DNA of 64,000 nt from Squalus acanthias (Eukaryota). The notes beneath the pieces are model-generated. The model ran no database searches. It was not told where the DNA came from and saw nothing but the letters and a program-made list of their open reading frames with translations. Positions 62,201-64,000 of the stretch are shown here, piece after piece (position 1 is the first letter of the stretch; each line of letters starts with the position of its first letter). The translations under genes were made by a program, and so were the position numbers. The stretch covers positions 4,342,001 through 4,406,000 of the forward strand of contig JASTWF010000033.1 of NCBI GenBank assembly GCA_030390025.1, in the 5' to 3' direction.

Positions 62201-64000
62201 TAAAAAGAATGTAAAGATCCCAGAACAGCTTTTATTGTCAGACAGTCCACAAAGACATTTTTCGGCATCTCACTGTCTGACTGTCCGACTTGAAGTGAAG
62301 TGAAATGAAATAAAGTGCAATAAAGTGATACACAACAGCATTACATGTGGACCAGGCCAGAATGAAATCAACAGGATTTAATACAACAACAGCAAGTAAT
62401 AAGACAGCAGAACACATCTCACACAAACACCAGCTTTTGCCCTCTCTCTCTCTCACACACACACACACAATCTGGCCAGCCTGCAGAGGGATGACTGCCG
62501 TGTTGGAAGATTAAAACCAAAAAGACACTTTCAGTATCTTATCTTTTCACTTTGTGGCCTACAGAAACAGGCTTTCTATTCTGCAACTTGCCTTTTGATT
62601 TCATGTCTCTCTCGCTCTTACTCTCTGTCTGTCACTCACACAGTCTCCCTCCCACCCACATTGAACTAAAATTTACAGTAACATGACGCACACACTCATA
62701 CAGGCTCTGCAATTTGCAGACACAGACAACCCCTCACTTACAGACACACTCACACAGTCTCTGCAATTTGCAGACACACAGACACCCATGCACACAGACA
62801 CACTCATACAGGCTCTGCAATTTGCAGACACAGACAACCACTCACTTACAGACACACTCACACAGTCTCTGCAATTTGCAGAAACTCACCCTCACACACA
62901 CACATCCATTTGGAAAGATGTGGAGCCTGGGAGTGTCAATTTTTGATGATGTCCCTTCCTCGCTCTGCGTCCATGTTTGACGAGGACAATCAAACAGGAA
63001 GTGGTGAAGCCGAGACCCCAGAAATCCGGGTCCCCGAGAGGAAATGAAAGCCCGGGAGGTAGAAAAGAAGTAAATACAATCAGGAATAAATAATAATATA
63101 TATACTTTAATTCTGGTAATTAAATGTCTGCCTGTCTGTGGTTTGCCTGGAGAGTAATAAAATGAATGGAAAGATCGCACAGCAGCTTTTGCTGTGAAAA
63201 CATCCCAAGCCCATTCCCCAATAAAGCCCAGTCCAGAAAAAAAACAAATGGATTATTCTGAAAATCATTAATAAAATATAATATATACTTTTTCTTTAAC
63301 AAATATCATGTCTTGTTTGAGTTGGGCTTAAGGGGAGAGTAAGATCCCACAGCAGGAAATGCCATGAAACGCTCCACAAACATTCCCCAATAAAGTCCAG
63401 TCCAGAAAAATATCAAATAGCATGATGTATATATGTAGATTTGCTTTTTACAAAATTCTTGTAAGAAAGAGAAAGTAAGATCCCACAACAGTGCAGTCTG
63501 GAATTAAATCAGTATGATCTAATGGAGTTTACTTTCTGTTTTTTTCAGATATGAGATGCAGTACCAATGCACACGGCAGAGAACTTGAACACAGACAAGC
63601 CCTGCAGACACATCAGCTTTTGTTGTCTCTCTCTCTCTCTCTCACAAACACACACACACACACACACACAGCCAGTCTGCAAAACTGCCACAAATCACTG
63701 TCAGCAATGAAAGAATGTTGATTTCTATCATTGCTCTGCTCTGTTTCTCAGTTTAAAAGCAAAGAGACGGTTTTCAGTATATTATCTTTTCAGTTTGTGG
63801 CCTACAGAAACAGGCTTTCTAATCTACATCAAAAGGAAGTGCTGTGGATGTGGGAAATCTGAAATAAAATCAGAAAATGCTGGAAATACTCAGCAGGTAA
63901 GGCAGCATCTGTGGAGAGAGAGCGAAACAGAGTTAATATTTCAGCTCAATTACCTTTTGTCAGATTCTGGCAAAGTTCTGACGAAAGGTCATCGAGCTGA
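59250..64000. repeat. ~1.9-kb tandem macrosatellite/segmental repeat, ~2.5 units, running off the window
   Basis: Unit starts at ~59250, ~61141, ~63058 (GAAAAGAAG.AAATA.AATCA.GA); colinear internal blocks. Confidence 0.9.
60026..60268. mobile_element. Palindromic PLE pLTR pair (hairpin) with degenerate hammerhead motifs; copies at ~61877-62120 and ~63830-64000
   Basis: Arms AGAAAATGCTGGAAATACTCAG / CTGAGTATTTCCAGCATTTTCT; CTGACGAAAGGTCATTGAGCTGAAAC at 60170; TSD TTTCTATTCTGCAT. Confidence 0.8.

Overview
Repeat-dense vertebrate genomic DNA. The mix of CR1/HER1-type LINEs, HE1-like and Deu-domain SINEs, Penelope-like elements and a GPR139-like receptor suggests a cartilaginous fish (shark/ray); this is inference. 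The only host gene is a two-exon GPR139/GPR142-like GPCR (23703-35463). Its otherwise open frame is broken by a 5'-truncated Penelope-like element with inverted pLTRs, hammerhead ribozyme motifs and a 13-bp TSD. The most notable element is a ~12.4-kb endogenous retrovirus-like provirus (42049-54407). It has ~1-kb LTRs, a coiled-coil/CCHC gag, a UGA-CUAG readthrough-type gag-pol junction, a YVDD RT with two RNase H folds, and an apparently spliced env-like gene. That env joins an immunoglobulin-like domain to a remnant resembling a class I fusion protein (lokiretrovirus/spuma-related by inference). The rest is satellites (54-bp 3x18 HOR, 18-, 29-, 84-bp and ~1.9-kb units), nested LINE fragments and a solo LTR. 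Most ORFs in the supplied track are repeat artefacts. Boundaries of degraded repeats are approximate.
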